From an uncultured bacterium (lineage in GTDB: Bacteria; Edwardsbacteria; AC1; EtOH8), in assembly GCA_963780225.1 (NCBI GenBank), contig CAWAAX010000010.1, positions 1 to 54,919 on the forward strand: 54,919 nt of DNA. Direction: 5' to 3'. This document shows, in pieces, positions 39,820 to 51,198 of the stretch. The number at the start of each line of letters is the position of its first letter. Position 1 is the first letter of the stretch. Below the pieces are notes generated by a model. That model was not told the origin of the DNA. It worked only from the letters and a program-made list of their open reading frames with translations, and did not search any database. Position numbers and translations under genes: made by a program.

Positions 39820-40719
39820 CTATTTCTTCCCGGCAGCCCACTGGAGGATCACCATCCAGATGGGCATGGCCTTGCGCCAGCCGGTTCCCCTGACGATGCT
39901 CCGGAACCACGGCGTCTTGGGCAAATGCATCTCCGTCTTTTTGGCTCCCAGCAAATGCCCCAATCTCCGGCCCTCCTTGAGGACCGTCTGGAAGGTCTTG
40001 GCATCCAGCGCCGCCGCCCGGCAGTAATTGTAGAACTTCTTGTCTTTGGATTGCAGGATCACCAAAGCTCCGGCCAGCCCCCGGTGGTCGTAATACCCGT
40101 AAACCCTTTTTTGCTTGATCAAGCCGTCCAGCGCCTGCTGGTCAAAGGTTTTGGCCGACCAGCTGTCCAGATACAGCCCCTTCCAGTGTTTGGCCTGGCG
40201 GTCACTGTTGAAAAAGCTGAGATACTCTCCGCATTCATTTGGCTTGGCCGGCACCAAAACGGTCTCCTTGGCCGGGAGCAATTTGCCGGCATATTCGTCG
40301 AACTCGGCCGCTATCTTCATGGACTTGGACTTGCCCAGGTGCTGGGATATCTTGTTGTAAGAGCCGGTGGCATAGCGTATGAACCGGGGTTTCAGGCTCA
40401 TGGCCTTTTTCCAGGTGTAGTCCTGGATGATGCGCCCAATGCCGTGCCCCCGGTATTTGGGATCTACCCTTAAGCCCTCCAGCCACAGCTCGCCCGGCCG
40501 GTGAATGGTGATCTTACCCACACCGACCGGCCTGTCATCTATCGTGGCTGCGAAGAACAGTCCGCCCCTGGTCTTGACCCACTGGTCCCAGACCTCTGGC
40601 ATGTAATCGCCCCAGCGGCCGAAGGTGTGCTTGCAGAAGTCAAGCACCACCGCCTTGTCCGAGGGCCTGGCCGGGCGGATCTTTATCCGGCCTGCTGCAT
40701 ATTTATTTTTATCACTCAT
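39820..40719 (-). CDS. GNAT-family acetyltransferase
   Basis: WLEGLRVDPKYRGHGIG. Confidence 0.85.
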   Translation of the reverse strand: MSDKNKYAAGRIKIRPARPSDKAVVLDFCKHTFGRWGDYMPEVWDQWVKTRGGLFFAATIDDRPVGVGKITIHRPGELWLEGLRVDPKYRGHGIGRIIQDYTWKKAMSLKPRFIRYATGSYNKISQHLGKSKSMKIAAEFDEYAGKLLPAKETVLVPAKPNECGEYLSFFNSDRQAKHWKGLYLDSWSAKTFDQQALDGLIKQKRVYGYYDHRGLAGALVILQSKDKKFYNYCRAAALDAKTFQTVLKEGRRLGHLLGAKKTEMHLPKTPWFRSIVRGTGWRKAMPIWMVILQWAAGKK

Positions 40720-40939
40720 ATCTGTGTCCTTATGATTTAGATAGGATGATCACCGATCAACTCAGGATATCGGTTGATCAACCGATTCCAACCCCGGTTG
40801 TCGCGTTAAATACTTGTTAAGTGTTTTGTTTTATTATCGAAGGAAAGAACATACTCTACACTTCAGTCAGCCCGGCGGACTTCGATAGGGCTTCGGCATA
40901 CTCAACCTAACAGCTCAGTCGGGCCGCTCAGCGATAGCA

Positions 40940-41083
40940 TTGCCACGACCTTAAGGTCGTGGCAGACGATCTAATAAAACCCGATGGGCTTTAGCCCCAG
41001 AGAGGTAAAATGAATTCATCATTTGGGGTTGAAACCCCAGAGAGTTTTTTACCCTTTAGCCACGAGCTAAAGCTCGTGGCAAT
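40940..41083. mobile_element. REP-doublet/MITE-like element, copy 2
   Basis: TTGCCACGACCTTAAGGTCGTGG, GGGCTTTAGCCC, GGGGTTGAAACCCC, CCACGAGCTAAAGCTCGTGGCAAT. Confidence 0.75.
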
Positions 41084-41135
41084 GGAAACGGTATAAACTC
41101 CGCACTTCAGTGTTGAAACACAACCTGAATATTTA

Positions 41136-42464
41136 CTAGGCCTCAGTCAGCCCGGTAAAATGGAAATTATTGACCTTAATCGGCGGGACCACCATGTTCT
41201 CCTGGCTCTCCGGCACGCCCAGCGTCTCCACGTTGTTAAAGAACTCCACCAGGTCCTGGTTGTAGCGCATGTTTTTGACCCCGGTTGATATCCTGCCGTC
41301 CTCGATCAGGAAGGTGCCGTCCCTTGTCATCCCTGTGATGACGGGGATCTTGCGGTCCACCACCCGGTTGTACCAGAACCTGGTCACCAACACCCCGCGC
41401 TTGGTTGACTTTATCATGTCCTCCAGCGAGGCGCTCCCGCCTTCCAGTATCGGATTGCCTGGAATCGGACCCCAGGTGTTGGGCTGGGGCAGCCCGTGGC
41501 CGGTGGTCTCGGTCTTGTCGTGGGCGGCGGTCTTCAGGTCATACACCGGACCTTTGACAACTCCTTTATCAATAAGGGTCACTTTTTTCTTCGGCATGCC
41601 CTCGGAATCAAAAGGACCGGTCCAGACCATCAACGGATGGTAGGCATCGTCGGTTATGGTTATGTTATCTCCCATCAGTTTCTGCCCCAGTTTGCCCGAC
41701 AGGCAGCTCAGGTTCTCCTGTACCGCCAGAGCGCCAAAGGACAGGTACGACAGGAACATCAGCGGGGTGGTCACCGCCTCGGGTTCCAGGATCACGGTGT
41801 ATTCACCCGGCTCCAGCGCCTTGGCATTGAGTCCGCCCAGGCACTTTTTTATGGCGATGGCTGCTATTTTCTCCGGGTCGATCTCGCCTGCTTTGCGCGC
41901 CGTCTGGGCAAATCGTCCGGCGGTAATACCGGAACGGGCGGTGATCTCCATCCGCAGGGTGCTCATATTATGGTAGGCGAACAACCCGTGGCTGTTGGCC
42001 ATGGCGGTTGCATAAAGGGTATTGTTGACCAACCCGGCCAGCTCCACTTTTTCCTGCCGGGCAAGTTTCACGGCCTTAAGCACCATCTCCGCCCTCTGCT
42101 CCGGCTCCATCAAGGCCGAGCTCTGATCAAAGGCCGGGATCTCCCTGTATTTTTGAGGACCCATCATCGGCGGAAGCTCCTGCTGGCCGGTGATGGCCCG
42201 GGCCGCACTTACGGACCGCCTGGCCAGTTCTTTAAGCGACTCATCGTCAAACTGGTTGGTGGAGGCCCGGCCCGAGCGGCCGTCCAGGTCCACCCGCAGG
42301 GAGATGTCGATGTCCGATGTCTCCACGTTCTGGTGGATGGCGTTGTTGGCGATCCTGGTCAGCGGGCTGGCTGTCTGGGTCAGGATCACCTCGGCCTGTC
42401 CCTCTTTGGCAAAGGACAACGCCCTTTGGCAGATGTCGTGGGCCTGATTTTTATCTATCAGCAT
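41136..42464 (-). CDS. pmbA: TldE/PmbA family protein
   Basis: TRIANNAIHQN, FDSEG, TGMTRDGTFLIEDG; follows tldD. Confidence 0.88.
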   Translation of the reverse strand: MLIDKNQAHDICQRALSFAKEGQAEVILTQTASPLTRIANNAIHQNVETSDIDISLRVDLDGRSGRASTNQFDDESLKELARRSVSAARAITGQQELPPMMGPQKYREIPAFDQSSALMEPEQRAEMVLKAVKLARQEKVELAGLVNNTLYATAMANSHGLFAYHNMSTLRMEITARSGITAGRFAQTARKAGEIDPEKIAAIAIKKCLGGLNAKALEPGEYTVILEPEAVTTPLMFLSYLSFGALAVQENLSCLSGKLGQKLMGDNITITDDAYHPLMVWTGPFDSEGMPKKKVTLIDKGVVKGPVYDLKTAAHDKTETTGHGLPQPNTWGPIPGNPILEGGSASLEDMIKSTKRGVLVTRFWYNRVVDRKIPVITGMTRDGTFLIEDGRISTGVKNMRYNQDLVEFFNNVETLGVPESQENMVVPPIKVNNFHFTGLTEA

Positions 42465-42551
42465 TTTATTTCCGTTCAAATTATTTTTGTTTTTGAGACC
42501 GTGTTCACTGCATATGCATCGTCAGTGTCCGTCAGTGTCGATATATGGCCG

Positions 42552-44009
42552 CTACTTTTTCCCCGGCACCACGCCGACCTTGATCTTGCGAAACCGGGCC
42601 GGCGCGCAGCCCTGGGCGGTGCGGGCGGTCTGACCCGGTTCGCCCTTGCCGCAACCGTTGGTGCCCCAGATCTTCCAGTCCTTGGGCCCCGCAACGGCGT
42701 CGCAGGCGTTCCAGAACTGGGGGGTGATTCCGGTATAGGTGGCGTTCTTGAACATCTGACCCAGCCTGCCTTTCTTGATCTCCCAGGCTATCTCGGTGCC
42801 GAACTGGAAATTGGAGCGCCGGTCGTCTATGGAGAAGCTCTTGGTGGTGGCCATGTAAATGCCGTCGTCGGTCTCGGAGATGATCTGTTCCAGCGGTTTG
42901 GTGCCCGGCTCCAGGTTGATGCAGGTCATCCGGACGATGGGCATATTGCCCCAGCCGTCGGCCCGCATGGCTCCGGTGGAGTTCTTTTCGATCATCTTGG
43001 CGGTCTCGCGGGATGACAGGTAGTTGACTAGTAGTCCGTTCTTTATCAGGTCTGTTTTATGGGCCTTTACCCCCTCGTCATCATAACCGAAACTGCCCAG
43101 ACCCATGGGGCAGGTGGGATCGCTGGTAATGGTGACGATATCCGAGCCGTATTTCAGTTTGTCCAGCTGGTCGGTGGTGGCAAAGCTGGTTCCGGCAAAA
43201 TTGGCCTCGCTGCCGAAGACCCGGTCCAGTTCCAGCGGGTGACCTACCGATTCGTGGATCTGCAGGGAAAGATGCGATCCCTCGATGATGATGTCCCTTT
43301 CCCCAGATGGACACTGGGCGGCCGAAAGCAGGGCCACCGCTTCCTCCGCCGTTTTCCCGGCGTTCCCGGCAAAGTCCAGCCCTTCTATCATCTCGTAGCC
43401 GTTGGATTCATAATGTCCGTCCAGCCCGCTGGGATAGGAGTGCTGCTGCACATCGCCGTCCCTTATGGCCGTGGCGCTATATTGACCGCCGCACTGGACA
43501 ATCCTTTGTTCTATCACCGAGCCGATGGTGGAGGCGAACAGCTGGTCCTCCACCCAGGACGCGATCTGGGATTCGGTGATATTGACCCCTTTCACCTTCC
43601 GCATGATCTCGTCGGTCTTGAGAAGTAACGCTATCTTCTCCTCCAACGGAACTTCCAGCGGGTTCTTTTTGTGCGGGGTGACGTATTTGTCCACGTACTT
43701 CTCCACCGGAGCTAGTTCCAGGTCACGGACCTTAAGCAGGGCGCTGGCCTTGGCCACCTTGACGGCCAGCCTGGCCACCCGCTCGATCTCGGCCTTGTCG
43801 ATCTTGGGGCTGGAGGCGAAGCCCCAGGCCCCGTTGGCGATCACCCGGATGCCGAAGCCTCCGGAGGTTCCCCGGTTGATGCTGCCTACCTGGCCGTCCT
43901 TGACCTCCACCCGCTCGGAATCCTCGTTGATGATCCGGATGTCGGCGTAGGTGGCCCCGGCCACCTCGGCTACGTTCAGGGCGTGTTGAGCTAGGTTTTT
44001 CAAGGTCAT
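42552..44009 (-). CDS. tldD: TldD metalloprotease
   Basis: HESVGHPLELD, YDDEG, RMT, CGKGEP. Confidence 0.92.
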   Translation of the reverse strand: MTLKNLAQHALNVAEVAGATYADIRIINEDSERVEVKDGQVGSINRGTSGGFGIRVIANGAWGFASSPKIDKAEIERVARLAVKVAKASALLKVRDLELAPVEKYVDKYVTPHKKNPLEVPLEEKIALLLKTDEIMRKVKGVNITESQIASWVEDQLFASTIGSVIEQRIVQCGGQYSATAIRDGDVQQHSYPSGLDGHYESNGYEMIEGLDFAGNAGKTAEEAVALLSAAQCPSGERDIIIEGSHLSLQIHESVGHPLELDRVFGSEANFAGTSFATTDQLDKLKYGSDIVTITSDPTCPMGLGSFGYDDEGVKAHKTDLIKNGLLVNYLSSRETAKMIEKNSTGAMRADGWGNMPIVRMTCINLEPGTKPLEQIISETDDGIYMATTKSFSIDDRRSNFQFGTEIAWEIKKGRLGQMFKNATYTGITPQFWNACDAVAGPKDWKIWGTNGCGKGEPGQTARTAQGCAPARFRKIKVGVVPGKK

Positions 44010-44051
44010 ATCTCCTTATTTTTGGACAAATCACTTATTGTAAACATATAT

Positions 44052-44726
44052 TTATTGCTTGCGTGTTAAGGTAATTTTAAACCTCCAGAAAAAAGGTATG
44101 AGCATAGCAACATTACATACTGTGAAAAATAACACTATCTTTATTCCGATTATGTTATCAGTTCCCATTAAGAATAATGGGGCAAGAATGGCAATCACAA
44201 AAGTACATATATATATTAATACATATTTTGAAAATATTTTACCTATTTGTTTATTTGTCGTTTTTCTTTTGCTTTTTGATATTTGTGTAAGGACAAACAT
44301 TAAAGAAAATACAAGTGCAAATAATGTTGCTAAACTCTGATTTATCGCACTTAGTAAGTAGTTATACGAACAACTTTCATAGAGAATTGTATTATTAATT
44401 AAATTTAATAGATCATCAATAAATATAAAAACACCAGATATGATAATTATTGTATTTGCAATTATCCAAGGGCATAATGTCGTATCATTAATACCAGCAC
44501 CTTTTTCGTTAATTTTACTCCAAAGAAATATTGTTAAATACAATGAGCTCAATGATATTGAAAGAAATATAATTACTGTTTTCCACAACATATTATCGAT
44601 TGAAAGACCCCAGGCAAATAGGCCCAATACCAGAATAGGAAGAATATATTTAAATATTCGTTTGTCTAAAAACACAATTACTGCATTAAGTATTTTCCAT
44701 GAATATTTACATAAACTTATTTTCAT
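44052..44726 (-). CDS. AT-rich multi-pass membrane hypothetical protein
   Basis: About 6 hydrophobic segments, very low GC. Confidence 0.6.
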   Translation of the reverse strand: MKISLCKYSWKILNAVIVFLDKRIFKYILPILVLGLFAWGLSIDNMLWKTVIIFLSISLSSLYLTIFLWSKINEKGAGINDTTLCPWIIANTIIIISGVFIFIDDLLNLINNTILYESCSYNYLLSAINQSLATLFALVFSLMFVLTQISKSKRKTTNKQIGKIFSKYVLIYICTFVIAILAPLFLMGTDNIIGIKIVLFFTVCNVAMLIPFFWRFKITLTRKQ

Positions 44727-44791
44727 ATTGGCCTCATTTCAAATAGTCACATTGAATGTAGTTATTTATTCTTAACAATCATCTAACAAAA

Positions 44792-45339
44792 TCACTTTTG
44801 CCATTCTGTTTTCAAGATTCCAAAATGAAGCTTGTCCAGCCACTGTCCTTCCCACTTCCGCAGTTCCCTTTCACATCCTTCGTTCTTAAAACCTAGCTTT
44901 TCTGCCACCCTGATCATCCTCTTGTTGAATGACCAGGTCTCTATGCCTATGTGGTGCAGGTTGCGGCTCTGGAACAAGTGATCTATCCATAATTTTAGGG
45001 CTTCCGTTCCCAGGCCCTTACTGATCCGAGAATCCTCATAAATAGCTACCCCGACATATTTGTGATCCTGATTACCTTTATCAGCATAGCAATTCACCGT
45101 TCCAATGGGACTTGTGCTTTCATTCTCGACTATGATTGCCATACCAAACTTGTTTTCTTTTTCGCCTTCGATGCTTTTTGTTATTCTGGCAATATATTCC
45201 TCATCTGGTTCTGGCTGATCTTTTTCCCAAGGGGCATCGAATAGCTTAGCTTGGCCGTTCATTTGGCGCCATTTCAAGAACAAGGGAACGTCTCCCAACG
45301 TTCTTCTTCTCAACCAAACTATCTCACCCTTGGCCAGGA

Positions 45340-45343
<4 letters not shown>
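44792..45343 (-). CDS. RimJ/RimL-type GNAT acetyltransferase
   Basis: KGLGTEAL, TWSFNKRMIRVAEKLGF, GILKTEW. Confidence 0.88.
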
Positions 45344-46384
<1,041 letters not shown>

Positions 46385-47284
46385 TTAGTTCTCCGCCACC
46401 TTTGACCATGAGGTAAACCCGTGCCCCAACACCTCCTTGACGTCCGTCACCACCATGAATGCCTTGGGATCCAGCAGGCTGACGATCTCCTTCAGCTGCA
46501 CCAGCTCCCGCCGGCTGACCACGCAGAACAAAATGGTGCGTTCGGTGCCCTTGTAAAATCCCTTGCCCACCCACATGGTGCCGCCCCGGTTCATCTCCAG
46601 CACCACTTCGCCCCGTATCAGCTGATGCTGGTCGGAGATGATGTAAGCCGCCTTGTTGTATGACCATCCCTCCAGGATAACGTCCAGTATCCGGCTGGAG
46701 ATGTACAGGGTGATCAGACCGTACAGGGCCAGGTCCACGCTGCGGAAGGTCAGCCCGGCCAGCACGATGATGAAGAAGTCCACCATGATGATGCCGATGC
46801 CCGGGGTGGCGTTGGAATACTTGGAAATGATCTGAGCTACAATGTCCGAGCCGCCGGTGGTGGCCTGATGCCTAAAAGCCAGCCCCAGCCCTATGCCCAG
46901 CAGTATGGCTCCGTAGACCGCTGCCAGGATGGCGTTCTGGGTGGCCGCCTTGAAGTGGAACATGGCCTGCAGGAAGTCGGTTAGAAAGGCAGTGATAAAT
47001 ACCGCATAGATGGTGCGGAACCCGAACTTCTTGCCGAACTCCAGCATTCCCCAGATGAACAGCGGGATGTTGACGGCGAAAATCACCACGCCCACCGGCA
47101 GTTTGAAAAGGTAATGCAGGATGGTGCTGATCCCGGCCGCCCCGCCCGGGGCTATCTTGTGGGGAACCAGGAACAGGTCGTAGGAAAGGGCCATCAGGGC
47201 GCAGCCCACGGTGATCATGAAAAAATCCCAGATGACCTTCGATAATTTGGGCTTTAAGCCCAGGCTTCTCAGTGTAATGTCCAT
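46385..47284 (-). CDS. YitT-family membrane protein
   Basis: APGGAAG, NIPLF, TTGGSDI, DPKAF...EVLGHGF. Confidence 0.9.
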   Translation of the reverse strand: MDITLRSLGLKPKLSKVIWDFFMITVGCALMALSYDLFLVPHKIAPGGAAGISTILHYLFKLPVGVVIFAVNIPLFIWGMLEFGKKFGFRTIYAVFITAFLTDFLQAMFHFKAATQNAILAAVYGAILLGIGLGLAFRHQATTGGSDIVAQIISKYSNATPGIGIIMVDFFIIVLAGLTFRSVDLALYGLITLYISSRILDVILEGWSYNKAAYIISDQHQLIRGEVVLEMNRGGTMWVGKGFYKGTERTILFCVVSRRELVQLKEIVSLLDPKAFMVVTDVKEVLGHGFTSWSKVAEN

Positions 47285-47287
47285 AGA

Positions 47288-48463
47288 TTATTTCTTATGG
47301 TCTTTTGTGAATTGCGCTTTGGCCAGTTCCATTATCTTCATCAGGGGCTGGCCGCTTTTTTGGGCGGCCTTTTTGCATTCCTCGTATTCCGGGATGAACT
47401 TTTGGGACCCGTCGTACAGTGTCGCCTTTTTGCCGGGGATGACTCCCATGGCGGTCTTTACTTTTATCTCCTGCCGCGGCAGGGTGTATCTTTCCATCTC
47501 CTGCCGCCGGATCCCCAGGGTGGTGGTCTCGGCAAAGATCGTGTCCAGTATTGCGGCCTCGTTCTCCGGGTTGGCCAGCACCGAGAGCATCACCGCCGGA
47601 CGGTTCTTCTTCATTTGGATAGGCGTGAAATATACGTCCAGCGCGCCCTGCATGAAAAGTTCTTCCATCAGATGCTGGTATACCTGGGGGTTCAGGTCGT
47701 CGATGTTGGTTTCCAACAGCACGATGTTATGGGAACATTTGCGGCCGGGCAATGATTCCCCCGCCAGCACCCTTAAAAGATTGGGCTGGGCCAGTTCCCT
47801 GGTGCCCGCTCCGTTCCCAACCGACTTTAGGACCATTTGGGGCATCGGCCCAAAGCTTTCGGCAAAATGGGTGATGATGGCCGCCCCGGTGGGGGTCACC
47901 AGTTCGCCGGCCAGTTCGTTCTGATAGACGGCCGCTTTCTTCAGCAACTGGGCGGTGGCCGGGGCCGGCACCGGCAGAATGCCGTGCTGGCACTTGACCT
48001 GGCCGTGCCCCACGTTCAGGGCCGAGCAGTATATTCTTTTTACACCCAGGTCTTCCAGCGCCAGGCAGCTGCCCACGATGTCTATGATGGCGTCCACCGC
48101 CCCCACTTCGTGAAAGTGTATCTTGTTTATGGAAGTACGGTGAACCTTTGATTCGGCTTCGGCTAGTTTCGTGAATATGGCAATGGAATTCTCTGTGACA
48201 AAGCCTGACAGCCCGGCCTTTTTGATGATGCCCTCTATGTCCTTTAAATGGCGGCAGGGCTGCGGCCCCTGGACAACTTCCAGATGCAGACCGCTTAAAC
48301 CCTGGCGGGTCACCTTGGTCAGCTTAACCTTCCAGCCCTTGACCGGCAGACGCTTCAAAGACCTTTCAATGTTTTTCCAGCCGGCTCCGGCGTCAATCAG
48401 CCCGGCCAGTATCATGTTTCCCGAGGCCCCGGTGGGACAGTCAAAGTAAATTATGTTCATCAA
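47288..48463 (-). CDS. larC: Nickel-pincer cofactor nickel insertase
   Basis: GASGNM, IHFHEVGAVDAIIDI, PVPAPAT, TPTGAA, ETNIDD, MKKNRP, PEYEEC. Confidence 0.93.
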   Translation of the reverse strand: MMNIIYFDCPTGASGNMILAGLIDAGAGWKNIERSLKRLPVKGWKVKLTKVTRQGLSGLHLEVVQGPQPCRHLKDIEGIIKKAGLSGFVTENSIAIFTKLAEAESKVHRTSINKIHFHEVGAVDAIIDIVGSCLALEDLGVKRIYCSALNVGHGQVKCQHGILPVPAPATAQLLKKAAVYQNELAGELVTPTGAAIITHFAESFGPMPQMVLKSVGNGAGTRELAQPNLLRVLAGESLPGRKCSHNIVLLETNIDDLNPQVYQHLMEELFMQGALDVYFTPIQMKKNRPAVMLSVLANPENEAAILDTIFAETTTLGIRRQEMERYTLPRQEIKVKTAMGVIPGKKATLYDGSQKFIPEYEECKKAAQKSGQPLMKIMELAKAQFTKDHKK

Positions 48464-49209
48464 TCCTTTTCCTTTGCGATCATCCAGGCCAGGTAACCAG
48501 CCCCGAACCCGTTGTCAATGTTAACTACGGAAACTCCCGGCGAACAGCTGTTGAGCATGGCCAAAAGCGCGGTGATCCCGCCAAAACTGGCCCCGTAGCC
48601 CACGCTGGTGGGCACGGCGATCACCGGGCAGGCCACCAGGCCGCTGACCACGCTGGGCAGGGCACCTTCCATGCCGGCCACGGCGACCACGGTCCTGGCC
48701 TTTTGCAAAGTTTCCCTTTTATCCAGCAGCCGGTGGATACCGGCCACGCCCACGTCCCATAAACGGATTACCCTGGCCCCCAGCAGTTCAGCCGTCAATG
48801 CCGCCTCCTCGGCCACCGGGATGTCCGAGGTCCCGGCCGTTACCACCGCGACGTATTCAGCGCTTTTGGATGCGGCCGGCTTGCGGTTGCTGATGATCCG
48901 GGCCACCGGATTGTACACCGCGCCGGGATTCATCTTTTTCACCGCCTTATAATGTTCCTGCGTTGCCCGGGTGGCCATCACCAGCCCTCCGCCCGACATG
49001 GCCCTGAATATTTTGGCCGCCTGTAAGGGGGTTTTCCCCTGACAGAAGATCACCTCCGGCGCCCCCCGCCGCAGTTGCCGGTGGTTGTCAATGCTGGCAA
49101 AGCCCAAGTCCCGGAAAGGCAGATGACGCAAGGCTTCCAGCGCCTTCTCCTCGGTCAACCTGCCGGCCCGGATGTCCTTTATTATTTTCTTCAGTTTATC
49201 TTTTTCCAT
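48460..49209 (-). CDS. larB: NPN biosynthesis carboxylase/hydrolase
   Basis: AGTSDIPVAEEA, DVGVAGIHRL, AGMEGALPS, PTSVGYG, VNIDNGFGA. Confidence 0.95.
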   Translation of the reverse strand: MEKDKLKKIIKDIRAGRLTEEKALEALRHLPFRDLGFASIDNHRQLRRGAPEVIFCQGKTPLQAAKIFRAMSGGGLVMATRATQEHYKAVKKMNPGAVYNPVARIISNRKPAASKSAEYVAVVTAGTSDIPVAEEAALTAELLGARVIRLWDVGVAGIHRLLDKRETLQKARTVVAVAGMEGALPSVVSGLVACPVIAVPTSVGYGASFGGITALLAMLNSCSPGVSVVNIDNGFGAGYLAWMIAKEKD

Positions 49210-50167
49210 TTTTTCCGCTTATCGTTTGAGGATCAAAACACCCTAAGTGATATCCGGCCAGATCAAGGGCAATGAATTTGTATCCGGCCCGGCGCAAGAA
49301 AATGATTATCTTGTCTTTAGACTTAAGTACTTTGTCAAAATCAGATGGAAGTATCTCCAACCGGGCCAGTTCCCCGTGGTGCCGCACCCGGCACTGGCTG
49401 AACCCCAACTGTTGCAGGGCCTGCTCCGATCTTTCGACCTGTTTCAGTATCCTGGGGGTGATGGCCGTCCCGTAAGGGATCCGGGTGGCCAGGCAGGCGT
49501 TGGCCGGAGCGTTCCAGGTTGGAATCCCCTTCTGCCTTGCCATCTGCCGGATCTCATTCTTGGTCAAACCGGCTTCGGCCAGGGGGCTTCTTATCTTAAG
49601 TTCCTTAAGCGCTTTCAGGCCGGGGCGGTAGGCTTTAAGGTCATCGGCATTAACGGCAATGCCTTTTTGTTTTGCGATCTTCCGGATCTCGTTCTTGGTC
49701 AAACCGGCTTCGGCCAGGGGGCTTTTTATCTTAGTTCCTTAAGCGCTTTCAGCCCGGGCGGTAGATTTAAGGTCATCGGCATTGCTGCCGTCCAGGACGA
49801 CTGGGATCCCCCGGCGTTTCGCCAGGGCGCTGATCTGTTCAAACAGCATTTTTTTGCAGAGATAACAGCGCGAGACCGGGTTGGTTTTAAAGACCTGGTT
49901 ATTGAGTTCCCGTGATCTTATGACCAGATGTTTTATTCCGAACTTACGGGCCAAGGTTCTGGCTGTTTCAACTTCTTGAGCGCTGTGGATCGGCGAGACG
50001 GCCGTGACGGCCAGGCAGTTATCTCCCAGAACTTCCCGGGCCAGCACCGCCAGCAGGGTGCTGTCCACCCCACCGGAATAGGCAACGGCCGCGCTGTCAT
50101 AGGATCCAAGGATCTCCTGGAGACGCAGTATTTTGTTTTTAAGCGCCGGAGAAACTGGTTTGATCAT
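49196..50167 (-). pseudogene. larE: NPN sulfur transferase, interrupted by internal duplication and premature stop
   Basis: SGGVDS, RCYLCK, DGSNADD, YRPG, ACLATRIPYG, CRVRHHG. Confidence 0.9.
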
Positions 50168-50571
50168 AGATCTATTATCCGGCCGCTCATGTCGATAGCT
50201 TCGGGCGGCGAGGTTATTGTGGGATAATTGTCATGAATGCTGTTGAGCTCTTTGACCATTTCGCCATAAGTATAGTACTGCCCAAAATCATATTTATAAT
50301 TTGAAAGCTTTTGGGTGTAATAGGCCTCAACATCCGGCACAATGATCTGTATGCTGTAGGCCGACTGTTTTAGTGACTTAATGGCTTCACTATCAGCTAT
50401 ACAATCCACACCCCTGCCCGGCTTATATTTTAAAATATCAAGATGCCCCTTACCCGCTAAGACCCTAATTGTCGTTGGATCCGCTCCGCTGACAAAAATA
50501 CGTTGGGAAGCTTGTATACTCTGGCTTATGCAACACAGTAGGAAAATCATAAATGTGATTCGCTTCCACAT
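50164..50571 (-). pseudogene. Truncated exported protein resembling the N-terminus of an M14 carboxypeptidase
   Basis: Signal peptide, prodomain-like region, YYTYGEMVKELNSIHDNYP, then abrupt switch to DMSGRIIDL. Confidence 0.55.
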
Positions 50572-50633
50572 TTCTTGAACTCCTTGCGTTTTTGCTCCAA
50601 ATATGTTTCTTTTGGGTAGCCGCTAAAAACAAT

Positions 50634-51119
50634 CTAAAGTTCTATTATTCTGCCGCTCATGTCCGAGAGGTCCACCACCGCGCAGGTCGGTTTTCCGGAA
50701 AGGTACCCGCAGGCCTCGCCGGGGTTGATCACCAGGGTGCCCTCTTCCCGGATGTCCAGCTTGTGGGTATGGCCATAGACCACCAGATCAAAGTTTCCGG
50801 ACTTAACCAGGCTCTCCAGACAGTAAGGCTCGTGCATCATGCAGATCCGCCGGGAGCCCAGGTCAAACTCGTAGGGTCCGGGGTGCAGTTCAAACCCGGC
50901 CTCCTGGAATTTCTGGGAGAGGTAAACCCTGTCGCCGTCATTGTTGCCGAAAACTGCGATCAGCTTAAGCTTGGCCTGCTCGAACACCGGGACCATGAAC
51001 GGGGAGATCATGTCGCCGGCGTGCAGCACGGTCTTGACGCCGTCCGCCTTGAGGGCCTCGCAGGCCTTGTAGCAGGACTTCAGGTCGTCGTGGGTGTCGG
51101 AGATCAAACCAATTTTCAT
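50634..51119 (-). CDS. YfcE/MJ0936-family metallophosphoesterase
   Basis: ISDTHD, HAGD, GNND, GHTH, INPGE. Confidence 0.92.
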   Translation of the reverse strand: MKIGLISDTHDDLKSCYKACEALKADGVKTVLHAGDMISPFMVPVFEQAKLKLIAVFGNNDGDRVYLSQKFQEAGFELHPGPYEFDLGSRRICMMHEPYCLESLVKSGNFDLVVYGHTHKLDIREEGTLVINPGEACGYLSGKPTCAVVDLSDMSGRIIEL

Positions 51120-51198
51120 ATGACTTTTACTGTTTTCTGTTTTCTGTTGTGTGTTTTATCTTCGATCCAATTATCATTCCCTCACTAACATCTAGTCC

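Noticed and set aside
49739..49741. Programmed recoding in larE
   Set aside because: The stop arises within a degenerate duplicate with three scattered deletions; known lar frameshifting concerns larC, which is intact here
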